Assembly: GCA_031426555.1 (NCBI GenBank)
Contig: JANPLN010000045.1
Location: 1 to 54,765, forward strand
Length of the DNA stretch: 54,765 nucleotides
Direction of reading: 5' to 3'
From: Bdellovibrionales bacterium
Lineage (GTDB): Bacteria; Bdellovibrionota; Bdellovibrionia; Bdellovibrionales; JAGQZY01
Part shown: positions 9,733 to 19,359 of the stretch, piece after piece
Layout of the letters: each line of letters starts with the position of its first letter
How positions within the stretch are numbered: position 1 is the first letter of the stretch
Made by a program: the position numbers and the translations under genes
Notes under the pieces: generated by a model
Seen by the model: only the letters and a program-made list of their open reading frames with translations
Databases searched by the model: none
Told to the model about the DNA's origin: nothing

Positions 9733-10508
9733 AGTTTCTCCTTGAATGTTGGTCGAGAAGAGCAAGATTCTTGCCACAAAAAACTCTCAGTCTGTAAAAA
9801 CGCAATCCACTTTGGAAACAGCGAGGATCCAGAAAGTTTTGCAAACACGGTGAGTGTTTGTTGTTGAGAAAAATCAGCACGAGCCTCATAAATGTGCGCA
9901 GATGGATCGATAGCAATCTTCTGTAGGCGGATCAATGCCGGGTTTGCGAAGCTTGAAGAAAAAAGACGCCCCGCCCACTGACTTTGCAAATCATGGAAGA
10001 TTTGTTTTAAGCGCAACGCCGTGGTTTGCATGAGGCGCGACGCTTGCGCATCGGCCAGAAGGTGAATGGCGGATTGTTGCTGACGAAAAATACCCAATTG
10101 CGTTTCGATGATAAGCAAGCGCGCTTCAATCATGGAAATTTCCACTGGTGTTCTTGCAAGCAGAAGTGCACGCTGCAAAAGTTTTTTTTGGGTCACCAAA
10201 CTTTTTATGGGGAGATTGAGCTTAAGGAGTGTGTTTTCGGCCTCGACGAGAATTTTTTGACTTTTTAAAACACCATTTTCGCATTCATAAAGCAAATCGT
10301 TCTTGGCGGAAACAAACCAAGTGATGGCCAGTGCCGCCAGCATTCCTCCGATCAAAAGCGGGAGAAGTGAAATTCCGACGATGAGGGCGGAGCCCTTTTG
10401 GTTTAAATGGGCAAAAGCGGTAGATCGAGTTGTTTTTCGTACACTTTTTTGCCAAATGGAAACACATCCGTGTGAAGCAGTATTTTTGTTCGATCGCGCG
10501 TGAGCCAT
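9699..10508 (-). CDS. TadG/TadE-like pilin-type protein (start uncertain)
   Basis: NQKG|SALIVGISLLPLLIGGMLAALAITWF prepilin-like segment. The nearest in-frame ATG (10508) lies inside the upstream gene. Confidence 0.6.
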   Translation of the reverse strand: MAHARSNKNTASHGCVSIWQKSVRKTTRSTAFAHLNQKGSALIVGISLLPLLIGGMLAALAITWFVSAKNDLLYECENGVLKSQKILVEAENTLLKLNLPIKSLVTQKKLLQRALLLARTPVEISMIEARLLIIETQLGIFRQQQSAIHLLADAQASRLMQTTALRLKQIFHDLQSQWAGRLFSSSFANPALIRLQKIAIDPSAHIYEARADFSQQQTLTVFAKLSGSSLFPKWIAFLQTESFLWQESCSSRPTFKEKLWIAEIGKGKF

Positions 10509-10762
10509 AACTCTTGAATCCTGTAGTTTTGAGGGGAGATGAGAAGATTCATCTTCTCATCGAGTTTCTGCTGACAAAGGTGCTGTTGCCGCGTTTCAAT
10601 CAAGCAAATCAAAGTTCTGTAGGCCCAAAAATCCACCCACTTGGTGAGAACAATTTGATAGGACAAAAACAAAAAACCGGCGACGAACATTTTAAAAGCC
10701 AGTACACACACAAAGGTTTCGATGAGTGCTTGTCCTCTGCAGTTACTCGGTTTCTTGTTCAT
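10403..10762 (-). CDS. TadE-like minor pilin
   Basis: MNKKPSNCRG|QALIETFVCVLAF: G|Q-x-x-x-E prepilin motif; overlaps the flp 3' end. Confidence 0.7.
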   Translation of the reverse strand: MNKKPSNCRGQALIETFVCVLAFKMFVAGFLFLSYQIVLTKWVDFWAYRTLICLIETRQQHLCQQKLDEKMNLLISPQNYRIQELWLTRDRTKILLHTDVFPFGKKVYEKQLDLPLLPI

Positions 10763-11018
10763 TGCCCGAAGATTTAGTTCCATGAAAAAAATCACTCATG
10801 TCTTTCTTTTTGATATCCACGGCTTGAATATCGGGATTTTGTAATTGTACATTGGCTTTTCGACCTTGCAGAGCCGCAGTCACTTTTGCAAATTGCACAT
10901 CCACGGTTTGGCTTAACACGCGAACAATTCCCATAGCAGCGACAGCCATTAACGCGACGATAATAAGATATTCGATCAGACCCTGGCCTTTTTGATTCTT
11001 TACAAATTTAATTTTCAT
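10743..11018 (-). CDS. flp: Flp (type IVc/Tad) major pilin
   Basis: RBS GGAGG; MKIKFVKNQKG|QGLIEYLIIVALMAVAA contains the Flp EY motif. Confidence 0.9.
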   Translation of the reverse strand: MKIKFVKNQKGQGLIEYLIIVALMAVAAMGIVRVLSQTVDVQFAKVTAALQGRKANVQLQNPDIQAVDIKKKDMSDFFHGTKSSGNEQETE

Positions 11019-11121
11019 GGGTGTCCTCCGCAGCCGAACAAATTGCAAAACGGCGGTGCGAATCAGCGAGAAAATAAAAGGGTTTGATTGGCAGAATACG
11101 AAAGACGGAAATAGCGTCCGG

Positions 11122-11445
11122 TTAGAAGCGGTAGCGCTGTTTGATGGATCCGTCCTGCCGCTGGTTGGGGGATTTGAAGCGTTCGGACTCGAGATGGTAC
11201 TTTTTAGGGTTTTTAAGGTGGCCTTGGGTGTGGGCCCGCTCGCGCCAGCGCACAAAGGAATTTCGTTTAAGATGCTTGCGCATAAAAATAATGACGTCGT
11301 CGGGTTTCAGACCAAACTGCGCTTCAATCATTTCGAAGGGAGTGCGGTCCTCGAGTGCCATTTTAATAATACGTGGGACATCATCCTCAAGAATGAGTGC
11401 GAGTCTATCTTTGCGTGTAAGAGGGCCTTGAGTCATTTTGTTCAC
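11122..11445 (-). CDS. DUF2805 / TIGR03643 family protein
   Basis: RIIKMALEDRTPFEMIEAQFGL...VIIFMRKHLKRNSFVRWRER pattern. Confidence 0.8.
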   Translation of the reverse strand: MNKMTQGPLTRKDRLALILEDDVPRIIKMALEDRTPFEMIEAQFGLKPDDVIIFMRKHLKRNSFVRWRERAHTQGHLKNPKKYHLESERFKSPNQRQDGSIKQRYRF

Positions 11446-11567
11446 GATATCATAAACAAAAAACGGACGCTACCGAAACCGATAAGACGCGAGTCTCAAA
11501 ATGAGAAAATTTGTGTTGGTAAAAGCTGAGTAGACTTAGGACGTTAGTCGGGTGTTGTTAAAACTTC

Positions 11568-11595
11568 TCAATAATTTTAGGAATTTAGCCGAAAT
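11568..11595 (+). promoter_or_regulatory. Sigma28-like promoter for the lipoprotein operon
   Basis: TCAAT-N15-GCCGAAAT, the same spacing as the sites at 6469 and 32081. Confidence 0.45.
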
Positions 11596-11635
11596 ATTCT
11601 GTGGATATATTCGGTACGTAATTGAGGGGGCGCGC

Positions 11636-12526
11636 GTGGTTTTGTTTTTATTGAAAAGAAAAATTTTCTTTCTATCGATCATAGTAACAGTTTTTACGGG
11701 GTGTTCGAAGTTCGAAACCACCGTGCAGGGGACTGAGGGCTTATCGTCTAACATTGTTCAGGTGTGTTCACCGGGCGTTGTCTCCAGTGCTGCCAGCGAC
11801 GTCATCACCGTGCCCAACGGACGATGTACGCCGAGCTGTAAATCCGATGGCAGTGGGTATTTTTGTGCGTCACAGGCTTTTGTTGTTTGCAATACTGGAT
11901 ATACGTTAGCGACTGACCAAACTCTCACCTGTGTTGCATCTGGTGGTGCAACGACAGGTGGAACGACTTCTGGTGGAATGACGACTGGTGGCTCTACGAC
12001 GGGTGGTTCTACGACTGGTGGCTCTACGACTGGTGGCTCTACGACTGGTGGCTCTACGACTGGTGGTTCTACGACTGGTGGCTCTACGACTGGTGGCTCT
12101 ACGACTGGTGGCTCTACGACTGGTGGCTCAACAACTGGTGGCGGTGCTACTGGTGGCGGTGCTACTGGTGTAGATTTTTACGTTGATGCCAAAGCTTACA
12201 ACCCCGAGTCCGCATCCCCTTGGGTCAGTATTTCTGGCAACAGCACAACCGAAGTTTATATCGGTAAGACCAGGCTCGGCGAGGTGGATCCACCGCAAGT
12301 TAAAATTCGTGCAAAAATTCCCGCTGGTACTATTCAAGATTGCACCAGCCCATCCATTTTGGGTGTGAGCATATCTCGCGAGCCGTCTTCGGATCCGAGC
12401 GAACTCGTTTACAAGCTTCAAATGCAAACTGGCTCTATACGACTTGTCAGCTCCGATTTAAACTTTTGCGTTGGCGGGGCAAATCCTAAGACAACTCTTC
12501 TAAAAATTTCCGGAGAGGTGCAATAA
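11636..12526 (+). CDS. Lipoprotein with Cys-rich domain and (GGSTT)n linker
   Basis: RBS GAGGGGG before GTG 11636; lipobox VFTG|C; Cys-rich module; tandem GGSTT; stop overlaps the next ATG. Confidence 0.8.
   Translation: MVLFLLKRKIFFLSIIVTVFTGCSKFETTVQGTEGLSSNIVQVCSPGVVSSAASDVITVPNGRCTPSCKSDGSGYFCASQAFVVCNTGYTLATDQTLTCVASGGATTGGTTSGGMTTGGSTTGGSTTGGSTTGGSTTGGSTTGGSTTGGSTTGGSTTGGSTTGGSTTGGGATGGGATGVDFYVDAKAYNPESASPWVSISGNSTTEVYIGKTRLGEVDPPQVKIRAKIPAGTIQDCTSPSILGVSISREPSSDPSELVYKLQMQTGSIRLVSSDLNFCVGGANPKTTLLKISGEVQ
11981..12130 (+). repeat. 15-bp tandem repeat x10 (ACGACTGGTGGCTCT) encoding TTGGS
   Basis: Ten consecutive 15-nt units with at most two substitutions each, with degenerate units on both sides. 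Confidence 0.95.
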
Positions 12527-15500
12527 TGAACAGATCAATTAAAATAAAAGTCATCCTATCAAGTTCACTCATTGTTGGGATCTTGTTTCTAATGCAAAAC
12601 TGCGGAACTCCAGGTTCTGTAAGCCATCAGTTGCCACCATCGCCGTTTGAGGAAAACAAAATTTTATTATCCGAAGAGTTTGCTGCCCAGCAAAAACTTG
12701 TTGGTCCAGGTGGCACAGAGTTGCTAGGCACTGCTGTCATTCCGCAAGCAACCGAACTTTCGGTGATTGTGAAAGATCGATGCATTCGAAAACGACAAAA
12801 AACCTCAAATCGTGCTCCCTTTTGGATTGATAATTACATCAACGCGCAAACCCCACTGGGTGATGAAACTGATTTCTATTCCGAAACCGCGATTGGTGTT
12901 ATCACCAAGGCCGCATTCACTGTAAACCAACTTAATAACTACGCAAAATTAGACCCGTGCCTTGTAGGAATATCGAATACGCTAAAAATTCAAGATCGTT
13001 CTGCCATGGGTGCAACAGCCACCACAAGCGACTTGGAAACCGCGTTGCAGTTTGTTGCAGGTGACGCAATTTTTGCCAGTAAAATTCCGAGCACTGTCAA
13101 AGTTCGAGTGGCCATCCTTGATAGTGGACTTGATCATACGAATACGTCTTTGACGGCGAAAGTGGACACCTCGCAAAATACTTTTTTTAATTTTCTTGGA
13201 ACAATGGTTGGTGCGACAGCTTCGCAAGGAAATCAAGATGTCTACGGCGCAGGTACGCAGCTTGCCAGCCTCATCGTCGGAGACAGCGTAAGGGGCGTCA
13301 AAGGACTTGCCGAACGAAACGTTATTTTATTGCCGATTAAAATTCGCAATAACGGAACGCAAAAGTTCGAAAATTATCATTATCTCAACATGATAAAACT
13401 TGCAGTGAACATGAAAGCCGACGTGATTAATTTGGGAACCACGGATGTTTCCACAAACGGATGTGATCCTCTGGTTGGGCATGCCATGCTTCAAGCAATC
13501 CGAAAAAACGCATTTATTGTTTTATCCGCCGGGGATAATGTTGAGGTGGATCCAAGTAAACCCAAGCGCGCTGGCTCGTTTTTAACTGTAAAGGACAATG
13601 GACCTCTCTTCCAGGGCAGTACGGTGGCTCCATCGTGTTGGGGGCGCTATCTAAAGGGTGCAATCGCCGTTGGTGCGTCAAACACTCCAGGGTCGGCACT
13701 CGCTTCGTTCAGTAACTGGGGAGAAGATGCCGTTGAAATTGCAGCTCCAGGGATAGCGATCCGTTCTTTGAATCATAACAAGAGTGTTGTGAATTCTGAC
13801 TCAATTCTATTACCAACAGCTATGGTGTCTGCTGCCGCAGCAATGACCATTGCCTATCACAAGGCCCAAACTTGGAGTTACGATCCATGGCTGATCGAAG
13901 ACATCATGCTAAATTCATTGCCAACGAAAACAACTCTGCAAACCTTGGTTCGCAGAGGAAAATTTTTGAGTTTTGCAAGCTTAGCGAGTTACCTGCAGTC
14001 GTTAGAATTAAAAACGTCGGCCCAAAGATTGGCAGAACAGAGCGATAATGCCGAGTTAAACGGCGGTTGGAATTCAGAAAACGCAGTGGCTACAAATTTA
14101 TTGGCAATCGACGTTTACGCCAAAAACCCGTTGATTCAACAGGGGCGACGAATTCAGTTGAATACCGTGGCCTACTACACCGACGCCGTCATCAAAGTGA
14201 TTACCGAAGCGGGAACAACCTATAGCTCAAGCAATACGGCTGTTGCCGAAGTAAACGCTCAAGGCGTGGTGGTAGCAAAAGCCCCAGGGAGCGCGATCAT
14301 AAGGGCCACGTATCAAAGCAAAACGGCAACAGCATCAATTTCGATCGTGGATTACGATGTGATCGACGGTCCTAATAACGAGATGGTTGATCTAGATATT
14401 TCTAGCACCAAATTACAAAGAAATAATTGTCCTGTAATGCAAGGTGGTCCGAATAGCAGTACTTTTCCTAAAGCATTCGCAGTGTATGGAGACGGAGGAC
14501 GGACCGAAGTTTCCCACTTAACATCGTTTGCGGCACCAAGCCCCCCCGAGGCCTTGGCTAACAGTGCAATCACATGGGGGAATTGGTACGGAGGCAAAAC
14601 GTACACGCTTTACGGACTGTATAAAGGCAAACAAGCAAAAACAGATATCATCGCACCCAAGGCGCCGCTTTTGAGTACAAAGATGGTGATTCACGCTAGA
14701 GGTGTAGGGATTAATGTTTTAAACCAACAAACTGTTTCAGTTTCGCAAGATAAAACCATCGCCCTATTTCCTTACTTTGTAACTCAGGATTGCGATGTAT
14801 TGGGAGCTGCTAAGGGCGACACACAGTTGATGAAACCCTATGAGATTTTCACGTCCACAGACCCCACGCTCAACCAGAAGTTACAAGGTCTGAGTAGCTG
14901 GGCAGGTAATTATTTGGATTTGTACGCGTTAACTCCAGGAAAGACTTATCAGATCAATGCAAAATTTGGAACGTATCGCGGAAATGGGACAGATCAAATA
15001 ATTCCACCACAAACATATTTTATAAGAATAACTCCACCAGACATTCAAAATATTCACCTTTATCAATATTCGAGTGTCCTGCCAGCGGCATTGCCACTTG
15101 GAAACAATAATGGAATTCAGATACATTTAGAAGACAGCGCAGGACAAAAAGTAATCACCCCTATTACGCAGTTCGCGGCTGAATTTATCGAGAGAGGGAC
15201 GGGACGAAAGCTGAAAGCTCCAGAGGCATTTGTCGGCTATCAAACGGACGTCTTCGCAAATATCATGTTGTTTCCTTCGATAGGCCAATCGATGCTTGTG
15301 GACATGGTTCTTACGCATTTGCCGACGGGATTCAAAAAAACTTTCAATTTCACAGCTAGTGGTCTTAACCGCTACGCTGGTGGTGATATGAATGCACAAC
15401 CATTTAGTTGGACTCAATTTAATCTAATTGCCCAAGCAAATCTTTGTGCACAGGGAGCAACAACTCCGCTGGCAGGAAACGGTTCAACCCTCAATCCATA

Positions 15501-17034
15501 TGTTGTTTGTTCCGCACAGCAAATGATAGATCTGGGTGGTGTTTCAACCGACGTCAAAACCGCACCCAATGTGGTCCTGGGTCGGCCGGTTGATTTCGGA
15601 GGCGTAATCATTCCAAAAAATGCTCTCACCTTCGGAACGTTAGATGGGCGTGGATTTGCCATTTCGAATATCGTTTATGCCAGTGCAGACGAAACCAGAT
15701 CTGTATTCATTGCCAGCAGAATTACGAATTTGGAATTGTCCGATTTTTCGCTATCAACAAGATCCATAACCTTACTCTCTGCAGTCAACTACGAAAACAT
15801 TCGATTTGTCCGTGGAATTGTTCTAGCAAACAACAATTATGCTCACTTAATGAGTAGCGCATCGGCTCCCCATTTTGTAACCATGAAATCTATAAAAAAT
15901 ATTCGGGTTGATTCCGTCGAATTGCAAGCCATGAATTATATGGCACCGATTGGCCACTTGCAAAACGCACGGGTGGAAAATTTTGGCGCCAGAAATTTAA
16001 TGGTTCGTGGTTCCAGTGTTCCTGGTATGGGCGGTTACGCCGGTGGAATATCAAGCTACAGCATGCGCAGTACGATAGTTTCCAGCTCGACATCGGGTAC
16101 AATGGCCCAAGTGAGCAGTAATGTTGGAGGGATCACCGGTATTTTAAGTAATTCAAAACTTATTGCGGTGACATCGAACATGAACATCGCAGCGACATCA
16201 GGGAACATCGGGGGACTTGTGGGCGATTCATCCGGGGCCTACGCCTATCCCGTTGATCCGAGTATCGATCCCGACGGTGGAATTTCATTGATCTATAAAT
16301 CCGCATTTTCGGGACAAGTGAGAGGCGCAGCAGATGTTGGCGGGATCGCTGGTAAAGCAGAAAATACCACGTTAGAGCATGTGAATGTTGCGGCCGTTGC
16401 TTTGGTGCAAGGCACTGGTTTGGTTGGCGGGTTGATAGGAAACTCAGTTATTTTCAATCGATTTTTTGATTCGAGCGTCGACGCTAATTTGTACAGTGCG
16501 AATTCTGTTCATCCCCTTGCAAATGCGACAACGTTTTATTCATTTCGTTCAGCCGATCGTTTTGCCAATTTACAATACAAAGGAGCTGCAGCTCTTTTAA
16601 ACCCAGCTATGATACCGCAAGATCTACCGCCGAACTCGGCCATCGGGGTAATGCCTTTGGCTCCAACGATAACGGGGCAAACGGCCTCTCAGCTAGGATT
16701 AAGTTTTAATGTCCAGGGAGCTACGATTAGCAACGGTATTTACAATCTCAATCTTGGCAGTGTTGCTAAGGGTACGACGCCAATTCATCGAGATGTGAAT
16801 ATTGCTGGTACCTCGCCATTCCATATTGTTGCGATAAACAATACGGCAAGCGTAGCCTTCACCGGCGGAGTGACTCTAGGAGCGGGCGGTACAGGTTACA
16901 CGAACTGGAAATTCGGCATCGGTTTGCCAACAAATACTGCGGGAAGTTTTAACAAAACCAATAGTTTTTTAATCCAAACAACTACTGGACGCGTTGAACT
17001 TAAAATTCAGGTGATCGGAACTGTAACGCCCTAA
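12526..17034 (+). CDS. Large surface lipoprotein: degenerate S8 subtilase domain + Ig-like (Big_2) domain + GLUG-like beta-rich region
   Basis: LMQN|C lipobox-like; VAILDSG, ADVINLG, ASFSNWG, IAAPG subtilase scaffold; YSSSNTAVAEVNAQGVVVAKAPGSAII (Big_2); GNGSTLNPYVVCSAQQM followed by GGLVG/GGIAG repeats. Confidence 0.8.
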   Translation: MNRSIKIKVILSSSLIVGILFLMQNCGTPGSVSHQLPPSPFEENKILLSEEFAAQQKLVGPGGTELLGTAVIPQATELSVIVKDRCIRKRQKTSNRAPFWIDNYINAQTPLGDETDFYSETAIGVITKAAFTVNQLNNYAKLDPCLVGISNTLKIQDRSAMGATATTSDLETALQFVAGDAIFASKIPSTVKVRVAILDSGLDHTNTSLTAKVDTSQNTFFNFLGTMVGATASQGNQDVYGAGTQLASLIVGDSVRGVKGLAERNVILLPIKIRNNGTQKFENYHYLNMIKLAVNMKADVINLGTTDVSTNGCDPLVGHAMLQAIRKNAFIVLSAGDNVEVDPSKPKRAGSFLTVKDNGPLFQGSTVAPSCWGRYLKGAIAVGASNTPGSALASFSNWGEDAVEIAAPGIAIRSLNHNKSVVNSDSILLPTAMVSAAAAMTIAYHKAQTWSYDPWLIEDIMLNSLPTKTTLQTLVRRGKFLSFASLASYLQSLELKTSAQRLAEQSDNAELNGGWNSENAVATNLLAIDVYAKNPLIQQGRRIQLNTVAYYTDAVIKVITEAGTTYSSSNTAVAEVNAQGVVVAKAPGSAIIRATYQSKTATASISIVDYDVIDGPNNEMVDLDISSTKLQRNNCPVMQGGPNSSTFPKAFAVYGDGGRTEVSHLTSFAAPSPPEALANSAITWGNWYGGKTYTLYGLYKGKQAKTDIIAPKAPLLSTKMVIHARGVGINVLNQQTVSVSQDKTIALFPYFVTQDCDVLGAAKGDTQLMKPYEIFTSTDPTLNQKLQGLSSWAGNYLDLYALTPGKTYQINAKFGTYRGNGTDQIIPPQTYFIRITPPDIQNIHLYQYSSVLPAALPLGNNNGIQIHLEDSAGQKVITPITQFAAEFIERGTGRKLKAPEAFVGYQTDVFANIMLFPSIGQSMLVDMVLTHLPTGFKKTFNFTASGLNRYAGGDMNAQPFSWTQFNLIAQANLCAQGATTPLAGNGSTLNPYVVCSAQQMIDLGGVSTDVKTAPNVVLGRPVDFGGVIIPKNALTFGTLDGRGFAISNIVYASADETRSVFIASRITNLELSDFSLSTRSITLLSAVNYENIRFVRGIVLANNNYAHLMSSASAPHFVTMKSIKNIRVDSVELQAMNYMAPIGHLQNARVENFGARNLMVRGSSVPGMGGYAGGISSYSMRSTIVSSSTSGTMAQVSSNVGGITGILSNSKLIAVTSNMNIAATSGNIGGLVGDSSGAYAYPVDPSIDPDGGISLIYKSAFSGQVRGAADVGGIAGKAENTTLEHVNVAAVALVQGTGLVGGLIGNSVIFNRFFDSSVDANLYSANSVHPLANATTFYSFRSADRFANLQYKGAAALLNPAMIPQDLPPNSAIGVMPLAPTITGQTASQLGLSFNVQGATISNGIYNLNLGSVAKGTTPIHRDVNIAGTSPFHIVAINNTASVAFTGGVTLGAGGTGYTNWKFGIGLPTNTAGSFNKTNSFLIQTTTGRVELKIQVIGTVTP

Positions 17035-17054
17035 CATTGCCTTGACGGGGTCGC

Positions 17055-17279
17055 TTAGGCCTTAGCAGTCGCTTTGGGTTTTTTGCTTTTATCTTTGCGG
17101 ACAGAGAGCAGTTTTTCGATGATATCGAGAGCTTCTACACGGAGTTCGTTTTCGTAAATAAAGCGATAAAACCCTTCGATCTCAGGACTTTGTCGGAATT
17201 TTTTGAGTGAGGTAGGCACTTCGCCCATGGTGAAGTCGATGTTACCGTCGGAATTCACTTTTACTTTTTTTGTACTCAC
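17055..17279 (-). CDS. Small hypothetical protein with basic C-terminal tail
   Basis: RBS AGGAG before GTG; compact helical 74-aa ORF. Confidence 0.7.
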   Translation of the reverse strand: MSTKKVKVNSDGNIDFTMGEVPTSLKKFRQSPEIEGFYRFIYENELRVEALDIIEKLLSVRKDKSKKPKATAKA

Positions 17280-17414
17280 TTTTGGCTCCTGGAGCTGATT
17301 TATGCCGGATCGATTTATCCGGTAAAGCTAGCAGCCAGTGGCCAGTGAGGTCAAGACTCATCTATTGGCTTCCGCGTGAATATCATTTATACCGTCTTTC
17401 TGAAGGAAAGCGAG

Positions 17415-18275
17415 ATGACGGTTATGAAATCTTTAGACGGAAAACTCGTTGCTGCGAAAGTCCAAAAAACCATCGCCGACGAGGTGCAAAAGGAAAGGCA
17501 AGCGGGGCGCCCCGCGCCAGGCCTTGCTGTGGTGCTCGTGGGAGACGATCCCGCCAGTCAGGTGTATGTGGGCAACAAAGTAAAAACGTGCCAGGCTCTG
17601 GGCTTTGCAAGCTTTGAGCATCGACTACCCGCAAATGTGAATTTTGCAGAAATTAAAAAATTAATTCTCTCTTTGAATCAAGATTCGAAAGTTCACGGAA
17701 TTCTGGTGCAGTTGCCTTTACCGGAACAGCTCCACGACTCCGAAGTGGTCGCACTTATTGCTCCCCACAAAGATGCGGACTGTCTAACCTCGCAAAATGT
17801 AGGCCTTCTGTTTCAACACAAACAAATCATTTCATCGTGTACGCCGTCGGGCGTGATGGAAATTTTAAAATTCTATAATTACAATCTCGAAGGATTAAAC
17901 GCGGTGGTTGTGGGTCGCAGTCAAATCGTGGGCTTGCCGATGGCGCAGTTGCTTATCCAAGCCAATGCCACTGTGACAGTGGCTCATTCGCGCACGAAAA
18001 ATCTAAAGGCGCTCACCCAACAGGCGGATTTGGTGATTGCGGCCATCGGCAAGCCACAGTTTTTTACCGGCGATTATTTCAAGGCTGGTGCGGTCGCCAT
18101 CGATGTGGGGATTCATAGATTGGAAAACAAAAAACTGTGCGGTGACATTAAATGGGACGACATCAATCATCTCGAAGCCTGCACGCCGGTTCCAGGCGGT
18201 GTGGGCCCCATGACCATCGCCATGCTGATGCAAAACACTTTCAAATTATACAAACTTTCGCAAGGAGTAAACTGA
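17415..18275 (+). CDS. folD: Bifunctional methylene-THF dehydrogenase/cyclohydrolase
   Basis: PGLAVVLVGDDPASQVYV, HGILVQLPLP, CTPSG, VGRSQIVG, PVPGGVGPMT; RBS AAGGA. Confidence 0.95.
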   Translation: MTVMKSLDGKLVAAKVQKTIADEVQKERQAGRPAPGLAVVLVGDDPASQVYVGNKVKTCQALGFASFEHRLPANVNFAEIKKLILSLNQDSKVHGILVQLPLPEQLHDSEVVALIAPHKDADCLTSQNVGLLFQHKQIISSCTPSGVMEILKFYNYNLEGLNAVVVGRSQIVGLPMAQLLIQANATVTVAHSRTKNLKALTQQADLVIAAIGKPQFFTGDYFKAGAVAIDVGIHRLENKKLCGDIKWDDINHLEACTPVPGGVGPMTIAMLMQNTFKLYKLSQGVN

Positions 18276-19357
18276 TGGCGCAACGAACCCCACTTTACCA
18301 GGCCCATGTTGATCAGGGGGCGAGAATGGTTGAGTTTGCCGGCTGGGAAATGCCCATCCAGTACGCGGGACTCAAAGAGGAGCATCTGCATGTTCGCTCC
18401 AAGATGGGCGCCTTTGACGTTTCTCACATGGGGGAGATCAGCGTGAAGGGCCCGAAAGCTTTGGAAACCCTGGAATGGCTCACCACAAATCATGTGGCCA
18501 AGCTCGGGCCGGGCCAAGCGCAATACTCCTTGTTTCCCAATGAGCAGGGCGGATTGGTGGATGATTTGATCATTTACTGTATAGAGCCAGGCACTGATTA
18601 TTTACTCTGCGTGAATGCTTCGAACACGGATAAAGATTTTGCCCATATGCAAAAACACAATCGCGGGGCACAGCTCGAAAATATTTCCAAAAACTGGGGT
18701 CAAATTGCGATTCAGGGGCCTCTGGCCATGGGACTTGTTGCCAAAATTTTTGGCGAGGATGTTAAAACCCTGAAGCCCTTTCATTTTGCCATGCAGCCCT
18801 TTTCTGGAGCTCAGTGTTATATCGCGCGCACGGGTTATACGGGCGAGGACGGCGCTGAAGTTTTTGTTCCTTGGGGGAAAACGGAAGCTCTGTGGAAAGA
18901 ATTTTTTAAACAAAGTGGTGGTGAGCTTATGCCTATCGGTTTGGGCGCTCGCGACACCCTTCGCACCGAGATGAAGTACTCCCTTTTTGGCCAGGAAATC
19001 ACCGACGACACCAACCCCTACGGTGCCGGTTTGGGCTGGGTTGTTAAGCCCAAGGAGAAGGATTTTTTAAGCAAAGACATTATTTTAGCAGGCAAAGAAA
19101 GAGCCAAAAAACTGGTCGGTTTAGAAGTGGTCGGAAGAGGCATTGCTCGCCATGGGTATAAAGTGTTTTCCTTTGACAAGAAAGAAAGCGGGGAGGTAAC
19201 TAGTGGTACTTTGTCGCCGTCTTTAAACAAGGCCATTGCGATTGCCTACGTAGAGCCTTCGGACTCCGCAGTAGGTACCAGTGTTTATGTTGAAATTCGC
19301 GATAAAATGATCGAAGCAAAAGTAGTTAAAACTCCTTTTGTGCAAGTTGGAGGTTAG
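18275..19357 (+). CDS. gcvT: Glycine cleavage system T protein (aminomethyltransferase)
   Basis: RTPLY, FAGWEMPIQY, FDVSHMGE, ARTGYTGEDG, GLGARDTLRTE; TGATG overlap with folD. Confidence 0.95.
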   Translation: MAQRTPLYQAHVDQGARMVEFAGWEMPIQYAGLKEEHLHVRSKMGAFDVSHMGEISVKGPKALETLEWLTTNHVAKLGPGQAQYSLFPNEQGGLVDDLIIYCIEPGTDYLLCVNASNTDKDFAHMQKHNRGAQLENISKNWGQIAIQGPLAMGLVAKIFGEDVKTLKPFHFAMQPFSGAQCYIARTGYTGEDGAEVFVPWGKTEALWKEFFKQSGGELMPIGLGARDTLRTEMKYSLFGQEITDDTNPYGAGLGWVVKPKEKDFLSKDIILAGKERAKKLVGLEVVGRGIARHGYKVFSFDKKESGEVTSGTLSPSLNKAIAIAYVEPSDSAVGTSVYVEIRDKMIEAKVVKTPFVQVGG

Positions 19358-19359
19358 TT

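Noticed and set aside
11981..12130. CRISPR array
   Set aside because: Contiguous 15-nt in-frame coding repeats with no spacers and no cas genes.
17280..17414. Glycine/THF/ZTP riboswitch before folD-gcvT
   Set aside because: Only a short CCGGAT/ATCCGG hairpin; no conserved aptamer motifs recognised.
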